A DNA stretch of 64,000 bases, from positions 3,424,001 to 3,488,000 of the forward strand of contig OZ243956.1 of NCBI GenBank assembly GCA_965214405.1, in the 5' to 3' direction. Shown piece by piece: positions 29,828 through 40,209 of the stretch. The first letter of the stretch is position 1; every line of letters starts with the position of its first letter. A program made the translations under genes and the position numbers. The DNA is from Trueperaceae bacterium (GTDB lineage Bacteria > Deinococcota > Deinococci > Deinococcales > Trueperaceae). The notes beneath the pieces were generated by a model. It was not told where the DNA came from. It saw only the letters and a program-made list of their open reading frames with translations, and made no database searches.

Positions 29828-32074
29828 ATGAAGGTGATGCAACGTGCAAGACGATGGACACTAAAACGTTGGACGCTAAAACGCGCGGTTGGGCGGAGCG
29901 GGCGCGGCTCGCACCGGCTGACGCTGGCACTCCGTTCTGCTGCAAACATGATGTTTGCCCTGGGCTTGATCGGGATATTTACGGGGACGCCCACCGTGGC
30001 GCTGGCGCAGGCAACGCCGCTCAACGACGCCGCCAGCGCGGCGCTGCAAAAGGGGCAGGCGGCGGCCTCGAGGGCGCTCGTTACCTACGACACGCCCAAC
30101 CTAGACCAGCCTCTCTGGCGCGACGCCGTTCGCTACGGCGAGGAGGCCAAAAGTCTGGCACCGGGGCGCAAGGAACCGCTGCGGTTTCTCGCGCAGGTCT
30201 ACAGCACCGTCGGCTTCTACAGCCGCGCCTGGGAGGCGTGGACGGGCTACTACGACGCGGGGGGGCTGTTTGACGCGCAGGCCAGGTCTCAGTTCGTAGA
30301 CATCGGCAAGGGTCTGGGCTACGCCGCTTACAGAGCCGGGAACCCAGACGAGGCGCTTCTTTATTACAGCACCGTGGACGAGGTGCAGCCCGGCGAGCCC
30401 GAGGTGACCGTCTGGCTGGGCCGCCTCAACTTCGAGCGCGGCGACCTTACCGCCGCGCTGCCCTACTGGCAAGAGGCGACGCGTCAAAATCCGGACAACA
30501 GAACCTACGCGGATTATCTCGCGCGCACCCAGAATGGCCTCACCTACGGCGTGGCGGCCAGCGACGCCTTTTACCGCGGCGTCGAGGCCGCGCAAGCGGG
30601 CCGCAAAGAGGAGGCGCTGACCGCCTTTCGTGAGGCGTTGGGCGCTAATCCGCAGTACAAAGAGGCGTTCGCGCGCGCCGCCGACTTAAGCGCCGACTTG
30701 GGCAGACCGGGAGACGCGCGCGACCTCTGGGCGCGCGCCCTAGCGCTCGACCCGAACGACGCGCGCGCGCGCGCCTCCTTAGAGCGCACGCAGGCGCAGG
30801 CGCGCTGGGGCGTGGCGGCGGTGAACGCGTTTCAGGAGGGCGTCGCGCGTTACAACGCTGGGGACGCGGGCGCGGCGACGGCGAGCTTTCGCCGCGCCAC
30901 CGAGCTCAACCCCGCCTACGCCGACGCCTGGGCCTGGCGCGGGCGCGTGGCGCTCGAGGGGGAAAACTTAACCGACGCGGCGGAATTTTACGACCGGGCG
31001 CGGCAACTAGAGCCCACCAACGCGGGGTACAGCGCGCGCTACGACGGGGTGACGCAGACGCTTACGGCCCAAGCTGAGGCCCAAGTGCAAGCCGAGGCGG
31101 AGGCTGAAGCGGAGGCCCAAGCGGCAGCCGCGGCGCAGCGAGAAGCGCAGGCGGCAGCGCAAGAAGAGGCGAGAGCGGCGGCGCAGGCGGAGAGAGCGCG
31201 CCTGGCTCAGGAGCAGGCAGCCCGAGAGCAAGCGGCAGCCGAGGCGGCGCAAAGGGAAGCGGCAGCCGCGCAAGCCGAAAGGGAAGCGCAAGCGGCGGCA
31301 GAAGCGCAGGCGCAAGCAGCTCAGGCTGAAAGGGACGCGCAGGAGGCGGCGCGGGAGGAGGCCGCGCGCGAAGCTCAGGCTGCCCAGGCGAGCTTACCGG
31401 CTACACCAGAAACGCCCACAGAAACTCCCACAGAAGCGCCCGTAGAAACACCTGCAGACCTCGCCGTCTCTCCTGCAGTTCCGGCCCCCGACGCGCCCCC
31501 CGCCGCCACGGAAGCGCCGAGTGTACCGAGTGCCGCCCCGCCGCTCGTTCTGCTCGACGTGACCTACACCCACCGGGGTGACGCCGAGGGCGGCCCCAAG
31601 GCGTTCTCGCTCTTCGACCTCGCCAACTTGCCCGGCAACCTGACCTCGCCGGTTGATTACGCGGACGGCACGCTCTATCAGCGCCTCGAGGTCATCCGTA
31701 AACCGAGCGACTTGCCCGTCACGTACCAGCTTTGCGCTTTTCAAGCAGGTACCGGAGGCACGTTCGCGGGTTTCGGCTCCGCCTCGAGCTACGCCTGCAC
31801 GAACCGCGCGGGCTTCTCTTTTACCTACCCCGGAACCTACGAAACGTCGCAGCCCATGCGCTCGCTCGAGCGCTACGGGACCGTCAACTGGCAAGACACC
31901 CTGGGCAAAGCAATGCTGGTGCTCGAGGACGCGGACGGCAATCCCGTTGACGACCGCTACGGTTTCGCCGGAAGCTGGTACGGCTCGCCCGTGTTCGACT
32001 TCTACTTTCCAATGGACGTGCGCTACACCGCCCTCATCGTCCCGCCCGGCGGAACGTTTACGGGTTGGCCGTAA
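29828..32074 (+). CDS. Secreted multi-TPR protein with an Ala/Glu/Gln-rich coiled linker, Pro/Thr linker and aromatic C-terminal domain (start may be 29948)
   Basis: Repeated TPR units, EAQAAA repeats and ETPT repeats. Confidence 0.75.
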   Translation: MKVMQRARRWTLKRWTLKRAVGRSGRGSHRLTLALRSAANMMFALGLIGIFTGTPTVALAQATPLNDAASAALQKGQAAASRALVTYDTPNLDQPLWRDAVRYGEEAKSLAPGRKEPLRFLAQVYSTVGFYSRAWEAWTGYYDAGGLFDAQARSQFVDIGKGLGYAAYRAGNPDEALLYYSTVDEVQPGEPEVTVWLGRLNFERGDLTAALPYWQEATRQNPDNRTYADYLARTQNGLTYGVAASDAFYRGVEAAQAGRKEEALTAFREALGANPQYKEAFARAADLSADLGRPGDARDLWARALALDPNDARARASLERTQAQARWGVAAVNAFQEGVARYNAGDAGAATASFRRATELNPAYADAWAWRGRVALEGENLTDAAEFYDRARQLEPTNAGYSARYDGVTQTLTAQAEAQVQAEAEAEAEAQAAAAAQREAQAAAQEEARAAAQAERARLAQEQAAREQAAAEAAQREAAAAQAEREAQAAAEAQAQAAQAERDAQEAAREEAAREAQAAQASLPATPETPTETPTEAPVETPADLAVSPAVPAPDAPPAATEAPSVPSAAPPLVLLDVTYTHRGDAEGGPKAFSLFDLANLPGNLTSPVDYADGTLYQRLEVIRKPSDLPVTYQLCAFQAGTGGTFAGFGSASSYACTNRAGFSFTYPGTYETSQPMRSLERYGTVNWQDTLGKAMLVLEDADGNPVDDRYGFAGSWYGSPVFDFYFPMDVRYTALIVPPGGTFTGWP

Positions 32075-32238
32075 CGGAGCTCCGCGCGGACGCCTCTTAC
32101 CGGCTCCCACACCGCCATGAGGTACACTGGAGGAAACGGGTTCGCGTGTAAGGCGCGTCGGTTTGCTCTGGTGCTGCTCCGGTACCCCCGCGAGGCTACC
32201 CGGACGCCCGGAAGCGCGAGCGTAGAGGGAGGACTCTC

Positions 32239-33012
32239 TTGGCAGGTCACAGTAAATGGTCGCAAATCAAGCGCAAAAAGGCGGCCAATGACAATCAGCG
32301 CGGTAAGGCGATCAGCAAACACATTCGGGCCATCCAGGCCGCGGTGCGGAGCGGCGGCGGCGGCGACCCCAGCGCCAACTTAGCGCTCAAAAATGCCCTC
32401 TCAGCCGCCAAAACCGACGACGTGCCGCAGGACAACATCGACCGCGCCATCGAGCGCGCCCTGGGCGGGGCCGAGGGCAACGCGTTTGACGAGGTGGTTT
32501 ACGAGGGGTACGGCCCGGCGGGCGTGGCAATCCTAGTCGAGGCGCTGACCGACAACCGCAACCGCACCGTGGCCGAGGTCCGGCGCGTCTTTAGCAAGCA
32601 CGGCGGCAACATGTCGGGCAGCACCGCCTGGCAGTTCGACGCCAAGGGCGTCATCATCTTGCCCGACTCGAGCGAAGCGCAAGAACTCGCCATCGAACTT
32701 GGGGCCGACGACCTAGAGGTAGACGACGGCTCGCTTACCGTCTATACGGAGGCTACCGACCTCTACCGGGTGGTCGAGGGTTTGCAGGAGGCGTCGTTCG
32801 AGCCCGAGGTGAGCCAGCTCACCAAGCTTCCGCAACTCGAGGCCTCACTAAGCTGTGAAGACGCGGACAAGGTTGTGCGGATGTTAGACGCGTTAGAAGA
32901 ACTCGACGACGTGCAAAACGTCTACAGCACCGCGAACCTTGATGATGCCGGTAACCCTGGCATTGACCCCGGCGGCGACTCGAGCCCTGGCAACGCCGAA
33001 CTGGTAGGATAG
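32239..33012 (+). CDS. yebC: YebC/PmpR/TACO1 family protein
   Basis: AGHSKW..IKRKK, YEGYGP, TDNRNRT and DDVQNVY motifs. Confidence 0.95.
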   Translation: MAGHSKWSQIKRKKAANDNQRGKAISKHIRAIQAAVRSGGGGDPSANLALKNALSAAKTDDVPQDNIDRAIERALGGAEGNAFDEVVYEGYGPAGVAILVEALTDNRNRTVAEVRRVFSKHGGNMSGSTAWQFDAKGVIILPDSSEAQELAIELGADDLEVDDGSLTVYTEATDLYRVVEGLQEASFEPEVSQLTKLPQLEASLSCEDADKVVRMLDALEELDDVQNVYSTANLDDAGNPGIDPGGDSSPGNAELVG

Positions 33013-33015
33013 GTC

Positions 33016-33741
33016 ATGATCACCGCAAAAGAAGCCATGACGATGCCCACCCTCTCCTGGGAGGGCGTACAAAAGGTGTCCGCCACCCAGATGGAGCAAA
33101 TCCTGATGCTGGCGACGGGTAAGTACGGCCTCGACGCGCGCCTGTTGGTCGAGCACGCGGGGCGCGACCTAGCCGACCTCGCGTGTTACTTGGCTCCCGA
33201 GGGGCCGATTTTGGTGGTGGCGGGGCGCGGGCATAACGGCAGCGGCGGGCTGGCGGCGGCGCGGCACCTCGCCTCGAGGGGCCGTCACGTGTTCGTCGTG
33301 CCCACGCACGAGGCGGAAAACTATTCGGGCGTGCCCAAAGAGCAGCTCGAGCACCTCAAACACTTCAAAAACGTGCGCGTCAGGTCGAGCTTGCCCAAGA
33401 TGAAATACGCCTGCGCGATAGACGCCGCGGTGGGCACGCGCTTGGAGGGACCGCCGCGCGGCCGCACCCTCGACGTGATTACCGTTCTCAACAACATGGA
33501 AGGCTGCGTCATCTCATTGGACGCGCCCACCGGTATGAACGTCGACGACGGCTCCATCCCCGGCGACATCGTCAGCGCGACCGCGACGCTGAGCTTAGGG
33601 CTGCCCAAACAGGGCGTAAAACCGGGCGGCGACGTTGGCGACCTCTACTTGGGCGACCTGGGCATCCCGCCCATGCTCTACGCCGACGCGGGGCTCGAGC
33701 CCATGTCCCTGCCCGGCTGGGTCACCAGGATTAGCAGCTAG
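33016..33741 (+). CDS. nnrE: NAD(P)H-hydrate epimerase (YjeF N-terminal domain)
   Basis: GRGHNGSGG, SLDAPTG and DLGIP motifs. Confidence 0.85.
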   Translation: MITAKEAMTMPTLSWEGVQKVSATQMEQILMLATGKYGLDARLLVEHAGRDLADLACYLAPEGPILVVAGRGHNGSGGLAAARHLASRGRHVFVVPTHEAENYSGVPKEQLEHLKHFKNVRVRSSLPKMKYACAIDAAVGTRLEGPPRGRTLDVITVLNNMEGCVISLDAPTGMNVDDGSIPGDIVSATATLSLGLPKQGVKPGGDVGDLYLGDLGIPPMLYADAGLEPMSLPGWVTRISS

Positions 33742-34660
33742 GGTCTGTCTGACTAATCAAAGCCAGAGGATGATGGAGGCGAGGAGCACACCAGCACGGT
33801 AGTTTCTGCCGCGTTTGTCGTAGCGGGTGGCAACGGCGCGAAAGTCTTTAAGTCGGTTGATGCAGCGTTCGACCACGTTACGTCCTTTGTAGGCTTGCTT
33901 ATCGAAAGCAGGAGGTCGTCCACCTTTTGTGCCCTTAGACAAGCGAGACTTCTTGGCATCTTCGCGCTCGGGGCTGATACAGATGATGCCCCTGCGCCTT
34001 AGTATCTTCCGCTGCTTGTTGAAACCATAAGCGCGGTCGAGTCTAAGCTGAGGGGGGCGCTTACGCGGTCGCCCTCTGCCAAGGCGGGGCACATAAATCT
34101 CGTCCAAGACCGGCTCTAGCCAAGCGGCGTCGTTGCGCTGTCCCGCCGTGATGACCACGGACAGGGGTCGCACTTTGCCGTCCGCGCAGGTATGCACCTT
34201 GCTGGTGTGGCCTCCGCGTGAGTGTCCCAGCCACTCGTCTGCTAAGGTCCCCTTTTTTCACCCTCAGCAGGCCGCTTCCTCGCCCCGCTGGCGCTGCGGT
34301 GCGCTTTAATATGAGAGCTGTCTAACGCTGCGCCGTCCCAATCAATCTCACCCGCCGCATCGGCGTGAGCTTGAAGCCTGTGCAGGATGCGCTTCCAGAC
34401 ACCGTTGCGCTCCCACCTCGTGAAGCGGTCCCAGCAGGTCTGCCAAGGTCCGTAGCGTTCAGGAACGTCGCGCCAGGGAGCGCCTGTTTTCAAGCGCCAC
34501 GAAATGCCGTTGATGACCTGTCGGTGGTTGCGGTAGTTGTGACCCCGTTGGGGATTGGGGGGTAGATGCGGTTTTAGTGCTTGCCACTGCTGCTCTTTTA
34601 GGTCTGTTCGTGCCATACGCCTACCCTAAACCATCTTCATCCCTTCTGTCAGACAGACCC
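33741..34660 (-). mobile_element. IS5-family insertion sequence, copy 2, 920 bp
   Basis: Same terminal repeats and identical ORF translations as copy 1. TA duplication at 33739-33740 and 34661-34662. Confidence 0.95.
33757..34616 (-). CDS. IS5 transposase (orfA 34242-34616 plus -1 frame orfB)
   Basis: Identical translation to copy 1. Confidence 0.9.
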
Positions 34661-34974
34661 TAGCTTAACTTGCAAGGTGGTGTGTAGGCTGGTCGCAGGC
34701 AGGCTCGAGAAGCGTTTGCTGAACCCGGACGGTTTGTAAGAAACTGGTGACGTTCTCGTAAGAACGCCGTGACAGCCTCTCTTGTACCTTGATGTCGGGC
34801 GGGCAATCTGCATCACACCCTCCACCCCCGCCCTTTTTAGACGAAGTCACCCCCGGCACGCGCTGGGGGTGTTTGATTTGCAAAACCTTAACTTCATGAA
34901 GCCCCCAATGTGAGGCCGCGTTGCGATGTTACGCCCAGCCCTTTTCTAAACTTTTATTTGAAGGGAAGGTGCCT

Positions 34975-35442
34975 ATGTTAAACCGGTTGAAAGTTACAGG
35001 AATCGTCGTCTTATTCGCTCTCACCCTCCCCGCGCTCGCGCACGCGCAGGGCGTGTATCTCGGCGGGAGCGGGTCGCTGCCCTTAAGCTCCGGGTTTAGC
35101 GCGCAACTCGGGGTGAGTCTCTTCTCGCCTTTTGAGCTTCGCGCGGTTCTCGGGAGCGGCGAAAATATTACCGACATAGAGTCCGCGGGGGCCGACGCGC
35201 TCTTTAACGTTGGCTTGCCCTCGAGCCGCCTCTACTTGGGCGCGGGCGCGGAGGCGCTATTTAACACCCCGCCCTCGTCCATCGGGGACGCCCGCGCGAG
35301 CCGCTTCGGCGTCCACGCGGTCGGCGGCGGCGAACTGCGCGTGGGTTCGCTAGGCGTGTTTGGCGAGGTGCAGCCGGGGTTTTTGCTCGAGCCCTCCGAA
35401 GGCACCTTTCAAACGCGCGTGGGCGTGAACTTGCACTTTTAA
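34975..35442 (+). CDS. Small outer-membrane beta-barrel-like protein
   Basis: Signal peptide ending AHA-Q, alternating beta-strand pattern, C-terminal Phe (GVNLHF). Confidence 0.7.
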   Translation: MLNRLKVTGIVVLFALTLPALAHAQGVYLGGSGSLPLSSGFSAQLGVSLFSPFELRAVLGSGENITDIESAGADALFNVGLPSSRLYLGAGAEALFNTPPSSIGDARASRFGVHAVGGGELRVGSLGVFGEVQPGFLLEPSEGTFQTRVGVNLHF

Positions 35443-35562
35443 GGGCAAAAGAGCGTACCTGAGTAGCAAATTGAAAAGCTTAACCTATACGGTTAGCTTT
35501 CAGCTTTGGCTGGAGGCTAACCCTTTTTGTGTTAACTGCGCATTTGGTCCCAAAGGCAAGCG

Positions 35563-35880
35563 CTAGGGCTTAACGCTCACGAAGTAGATACAGCCAAGCA
35601 GCGACGCGCTGATGACGGAGACGGCGAAGCCCCTGCCCGTTCGTGAGGGCAAATTTGTTTCAGAATCGGCCAAGATGATCGTAGCAACCACCCAACGGTT
35701 AAAGTGAAAAACGCCGTAGCCACCCAAGAGACCCACCACCGTCCAAAGCGCGAAACGTTGGGCGGCGACTTCGTACGGACTTGTCGGCGGCGTGGCGAGC
35801 GGCCAGGCGGAGGTGAGGCCAGAGAGGGTGGTGAAACAGAAAATCACCCAGAACTCGAGCATGAGCAGGACCTGTATCAC
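35563..35880 (-). CDS. Small membrane protein (about 3 TM)
   Basis: Hydrophobic segments. TAAAAT 6 nt before the GTG start. Confidence 0.5.
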   Translation of the reverse strand: MIQVLLMLEFWVIFCFTTLSGLTSAWPLATPPTSPYEVAAQRFALWTVVGLLGGYGVFHFNRWVVATIILADSETNLPSRTGRGFAVSVISASLLGCIYFVSVKP

Positions 35881-35979
35881 CCCCTTATTTTATAGCCTCT
35901 TTACGGTGCGCGTTCCCCCACTCCTCAACAAAGCGTATAATCTTCCCAACAAAGGGCGGCGCGAGGTACGGGAGGACTC

Positions 35980-37239
35980 ATGGGAGACGCTACAGGTAAA
36001 AAGATTGGCTTGTTGCTCGGCGCGGAAGAGGATTGGCCGCGCACCTTAGAGGCGCTCGTGCGGCGCTTCGGCACGCTTTCTTACAAGGGAAAAACGTACA
36101 AGCTAGAAACCGAACGCATCCGCATTCACCCTTTTAACCTGCGCGACCCCGTGAGTTACGACGTGGTCATCGACCGGCTCGCTTGGTGGCACCCCAACCC
36201 GCGCGAATGGCTCAAGAAAGCGGCGCTCTTAAACGACCTCTATTTGCTCAATAACCCCTTTACCTTTCAGAGCATGGAAAAACACTCGGCCTACTGCGCC
36301 ATGCTGCGGCTCGGCCTCAACATCCCCGAAACCGTGCTCGTCCCGCCCAAGTACGGCCCCGACAACGCGCGCTACAAGATTACGGCGAACAAATACCACG
36401 ACCTTTTCAGCCTGCCAGACATCGCCTCACAACTTAGCTACCCGCTCTTTATGAAGCCCTTTGACGGCGGCGGCTGGCGGGGGGTGAGCCGCGTCGACAA
36501 TGAGGCGGAACTTATGGCGGCGTATGACGCCTCGAGCGGGACCATGATGCACCTCCAAAAGGGCCTGGTTCCCTTCGAGGTGTTTGTCCGCTCTTTGGGT
36601 GTGGGGCCGCAAGTGATTTCTTTAAAGTACGACCCCGGCGAGCCTATGCACAACCGCTACGCCGTCTCGCACGACTTCTTGAGCGCGGAACAGGGCCTCG
36701 AGGTCCGCGCCATCACGAAAATCATCAACGCCTTTTTCCGCTGGGACTTTAACTCGTGCGAGGCGATTCTTAAAAACGGCACGCTCTGGCCGATGGACTT
36801 CGCCAACGCCTGCCCGGACGTGGCGCTGACAAGCCTCCACTACTATTTCCCCTGGGCCATCACCTCGCTCTACGCCTGGAGCGCCTTTTGCGCCGTGACC
36901 GACAGGCCCATGCGCGTCAACATGGACGTGCAGCCCTTTTTCGAGATTGCCGATTCGGAGCGCTCGTACGGGGAAAAGCTCGAGGCTTACGAAAAGCTAG
37001 CCGACGCGCATTTTCAAACCGAGGCCTTTGAGGAGTTCCGGCACACTGTGCTCAAAGATTTGGACGACGCGGTCTGGGACCTCGTCACGAGCCGCGAGTT
37101 TGAGGCCATTTTGGAGGAGACCGTGCGCGCCACCTTCCCGCCGCACGAGCAAGAGGAGTTTCGCGCGCACTTCCGCGGCCTCCTGGGCCACTGGGTCGAG
37201 AGCAACGCGCCCCAAAAGAACACACCGCAGGAGGCCTGA
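35980..37239 (+). CDS. ATP-grasp (RimK/glutathione-synthetase-like) ligase
   Basis: VIDRL, NNPF, MKPFDGGGWRGV and DFANACPD motifs. Confidence 0.82.
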   Translation: MGDATGKKIGLLLGAEEDWPRTLEALVRRFGTLSYKGKTYKLETERIRIHPFNLRDPVSYDVVIDRLAWWHPNPREWLKKAALLNDLYLLNNPFTFQSMEKHSAYCAMLRLGLNIPETVLVPPKYGPDNARYKITANKYHDLFSLPDIASQLSYPLFMKPFDGGGWRGVSRVDNEAELMAAYDASSGTMMHLQKGLVPFEVFVRSLGVGPQVISLKYDPGEPMHNRYAVSHDFLSAEQGLEVRAITKIINAFFRWDFNSCEAILKNGTLWPMDFANACPDVALTSLHYYFPWAITSLYAWSAFCAVTDRPMRVNMDVQPFFEIADSERSYGEKLEAYEKLADAHFQTEAFEEFRHTVLKDLDDAVWDLVTSREFEAILEETVRATFPPHEQEEFRAHFRGLLGHWVESNAPQKNTPQEA

Positions 37240-37241
37240 CG

Positions 37242-38360
37242 GTGTCGCTCAAACAACCCTCGCTCACGGTCGGCATCGAAGAGGAATACCAGATTATCGA
37301 CCCCGAGACGCGCGAACTCAAAAGCTACATCACCCAGTTTCTGGAGAGCGACCACAGCGTCTTGCGTGAGCGCACCGTCAAGCCCGAACTCCACCAGAGC
37401 AGCATCGAGGTGGGCACCGCGCCCTGCGGCACGGTCCAAGAAGCCGGGGACGAACTCATCAGCCTGCGCTGCATGGTGGACGACATGGCGCGGAGCAAGG
37501 GCACGCGCATCGCCGCGGCAGGCACGCACCCCTTCTCGAGCTGGCAAACGCAGGAAATCAGTCCCTTCGAGCGTTATCAGGGGCTCTTAGACGACCTCCA
37601 GGACCTGGCCCGACAGACGCTCATTTTTGGGATGCACGTCCACATCGGTATCGAGGACGAAGAGTTTTTGATCGACACGATGAACACGCTGCGCTACATG
37701 CTGCCGCACGTGCTCGCGCTCTCCACCTCGTCGCCCTTTTGGGAGGGGCGCGACACGGGTCTGAAGAGTTACCGGCTGGCGCTTTTCAAGCGGTTCCCAA
37801 GGACGGGGCTGCCGCTCGAGTTTCTCTCCAACGCTGAGTACCGCGCCTTTATCGACATGCTGGTTCGCACCAACTGCGTCCCCGACGCCTCCAAAATCTG
37901 GTGGGACATGCGGCCTCACCACAAGTACCCGACCTTAGAGTTTCGCATTTGCGACCTCTGCACGAACGTGGACGACGCGATTTGCTGCGCCGCGCTCTTC
38001 CAGGCGTTGGTGCTAAAACACTACAAAATGCGCAAGGACAACATCTCGTTCCGCCGCTATCCGCTGGCGATGGTGGACGAGAACAAGTGGCGCGCGGTGC
38101 GCTACGGGGTGCAGGGCAAGTTTATCGACTTTGGGCGACAAGAAGAGCTGCCGACCAAAACGCTGCTCACCGAACTCGTCGGCTTTGTTGACGATGTGTT
38201 AGACGATTTGGGCACGCGCAAAGAGGTCGAGCACGTGTTTACCATTTTAGAAAGGGGCACCAGCGCGGCGCAGCAGATCAGGATTTTTGAGGAGACGGGG
38301 GACATGCGCAAGGTGGTGGACTGGGTGGTGGCGGAGACGATGGGGGGGTGCGGGAGTTAA
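37242..38360 (+). CDS. ybdK: Carboxylate-amine ligase (GCS2/YbdK family)
   Basis: GIEEEYQ, AAGTHPF, GMHVH, SSPFW and WWDMRPH..TLEFRICD motifs. Confidence 0.9.
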   Translation: MSLKQPSLTVGIEEEYQIIDPETRELKSYITQFLESDHSVLRERTVKPELHQSSIEVGTAPCGTVQEAGDELISLRCMVDDMARSKGTRIAAAGTHPFSSWQTQEISPFERYQGLLDDLQDLARQTLIFGMHVHIGIEDEEFLIDTMNTLRYMLPHVLALSTSSPFWEGRDTGLKSYRLALFKRFPRTGLPLEFLSNAEYRAFIDMLVRTNCVPDASKIWWDMRPHHKYPTLEFRICDLCTNVDDAICCAALFQALVLKHYKMRKDNISFRRYPLAMVDENKWRAVRYGVQGKFIDFGRQEELPTKTLLTELVGFVDDVLDDLGTRKEVEHVFTILERGTSAAQQIRIFEETGDMRKVVDWVVAETMGGCGS

Positions 38361-38420
38361 GAGGAGGATTTTTACACGCGTATCCACCATCCAGTCGATT
38401 ACTGCTGTAAAATAGTCACA

Positions 38421-40112
38421 ATGATTGATACTTTACACCTGAAGTCCGGGCGTGTTCCTGGAGCGCCCGGCACAACAATTAGGCTCGAGCCGATCACTAT
38501 TTTTGTCGGCCCTAACAATTCAGGAAAAAGTAAAGTTCTTTCTGAGATCGAACAATACTGTCGAAGCGGTTCTTATACTTCTACTCCCCGTCTAATTCTG
38601 GAGAGCTTGGAATTTACCGGCGCTTCAGCAGATAAGGCGACCGCAGCCGTTGACCGTATGACATTGGTTCCTAATCCTGGAGACACAGTTTATGAAGACC
38701 ACATATACATACCTTACCGCGATAGCTCGTCTGGCCGTATAGATGTTGAGCGTAGACTACTCATTAGAAAAATACAAAATCCTGCCGAAGACCTTTCAGG
38801 TTTTTGCCAATTGATTGTTGATCCCAAAACCCTGATGCTTGACGGTAGAACACGCATTGACCTTATCGATGAGCAAGCCGCAGGCGATCTTCAGTCACAG
38901 CCACAGACAAGTTTGCAGACGTTGTTTCAAGACGACGGCAAACGTGAAGAAGTACGCCGTATCATTGAAAGAGCATTTGGCAGGTACTTTGTCGTTGATC
39001 CGACTCATTTAGGATACTTACGTATTAAATTTGCCGAGCACCCTCCTAGTGCTTCAGAGGAGCGGTGCCTCAATAATGAAGCGATACAGTATTATGCTAA
39101 AGCGTTGCCCATAGAAAATTTTGGCGATGGCGTGAAGGCCTTCACAGGAATGATCACAGAGTTAGTGGCTGGCGATCCACAGATCGTTTTGGTCGATGAG
39201 CCGGAAGCCTTCCTTCACCCTCCGCTAGCGGTGAGACTTGGTGCTGAGCTTTCAAAAGCTGCTAAAACAACCGATAAAAGGGTCTTCATCTCAACTCATA
39301 GTCCAGCGTTTGTGATGGGCTGTGTACAATCTGGGGTCCCGCTCAATATTGTAAGGCTCACTTACCAGGAAGGTGTTGCTACCTCGAGGGTTCTGCCCAG
39401 CAGCGAGGTTTCACGATTAATGAGAAACCCACTTCTGCGCTCAACTGGGGTGTTGAGTGGCTTGTTCTACGAAGCTGTCGTAGTCACCGAAGGAGACACT
39501 GATCGCGCGTTTTATCAAGAAGTGAACGAACGCTTGCTAAGGCTTAAGCCAGAATGGGGAATATCTAATTGCCTTTTTATCAACGCCCAAAATAAACAAA
39601 CGATTCACACAATTGTAAATCCTTTAAGAAAGCTCGGCATTCCTGCGGCTGGGGTTGTAGATGTTGATGTTATGAAAGAGGGTGGTACGGTGTGGACCAA
39701 CTTGTTAAAAGGCATCCACATTCCTACTGGTTCTCATAAAGCGCTTTCAGAACTAAGACTTTCCATACATCAGGCTTCGAAAGCCATTGAAGAAGATATT
39801 GGTAAAAAGCTGAAGCGAGATGGGGGCATCTCCGTTTTGGGGGCAGATGAAAAAGAAACAGCCGAAAATCTGTTAGAGCAGCTTGCCAACTATGGTGTTT
39901 TTGTTGTTCCGGGTGGTGAATTAGAGTCTTGGCTAAAGCACCTAGATGTCAGTGGACTTAAAACAGACTGGCTAATCAACATGTTCGAGCGTATGGGAGA
40001 AGACCCTGATGCTCCTGATTACGTGCGTCCTGCCGATGACGACGTATGGCAGTTTATGTCAAAAACAAAAGCGTGGCTAACAGACCCAAAGCGCAAAGGT
40101 ATTCCCTCATAG
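38421..40112 (+). CDS. ABC-type ATPase fused to a TOPRIM-like domain (OLD-family-like nuclease)
   Basis: GPNNSGKS, LVDEPE and STHS, then VTEGDTD and DVD. Visibly AT-richer than its neighbours. Confidence 0.78.
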   Translation: MIDTLHLKSGRVPGAPGTTIRLEPITIFVGPNNSGKSKVLSEIEQYCRSGSYTSTPRLILESLEFTGASADKATAAVDRMTLVPNPGDTVYEDHIYIPYRDSSSGRIDVERRLLIRKIQNPAEDLSGFCQLIVDPKTLMLDGRTRIDLIDEQAAGDLQSQPQTSLQTLFQDDGKREEVRRIIERAFGRYFVVDPTHLGYLRIKFAEHPPSASEERCLNNEAIQYYAKALPIENFGDGVKAFTGMITELVAGDPQIVLVDEPEAFLHPPLAVRLGAELSKAAKTTDKRVFISTHSPAFVMGCVQSGVPLNIVRLTYQEGVATSRVLPSSEVSRLMRNPLLRSTGVLSGLFYEAVVVTEGDTDRAFYQEVNERLLRLKPEWGISNCLFINAQNKQTIHTIVNPLRKLGIPAAGVVDVDVMKEGGTVWTNLLKGIHIPTGSHKALSELRLSIHQASKAIEEDIGKKLKRDGGISVLGADEKETAENLLEQLANYGVFVVPGGELESWLKHLDVSGLKTDWLINMFERMGEDPDAPDYVRPADDDVWQFMSKTKAWLTDPKRKGIPS

Positions 40113-40209
40113 GTGGCATGGTAAGAGAAAGTATCACTGTGAGCAAAAAGCATCTTATCGAGTTCAATGAGAATATCGTCAAGTTATTTCAACGCCGGAT
40201 TAAACACTA

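Noticed and set aside
29017..30024. 335-aa ORF on the - strand across the divergent promoter region
   Set aside because: Overlaps two better-supported genes and has no domain-like composition.
34665..34883. Small ORFs next to IS copy 2
   Set aside because: No recognisable motifs in either plausible frame, so they cannot be supported.
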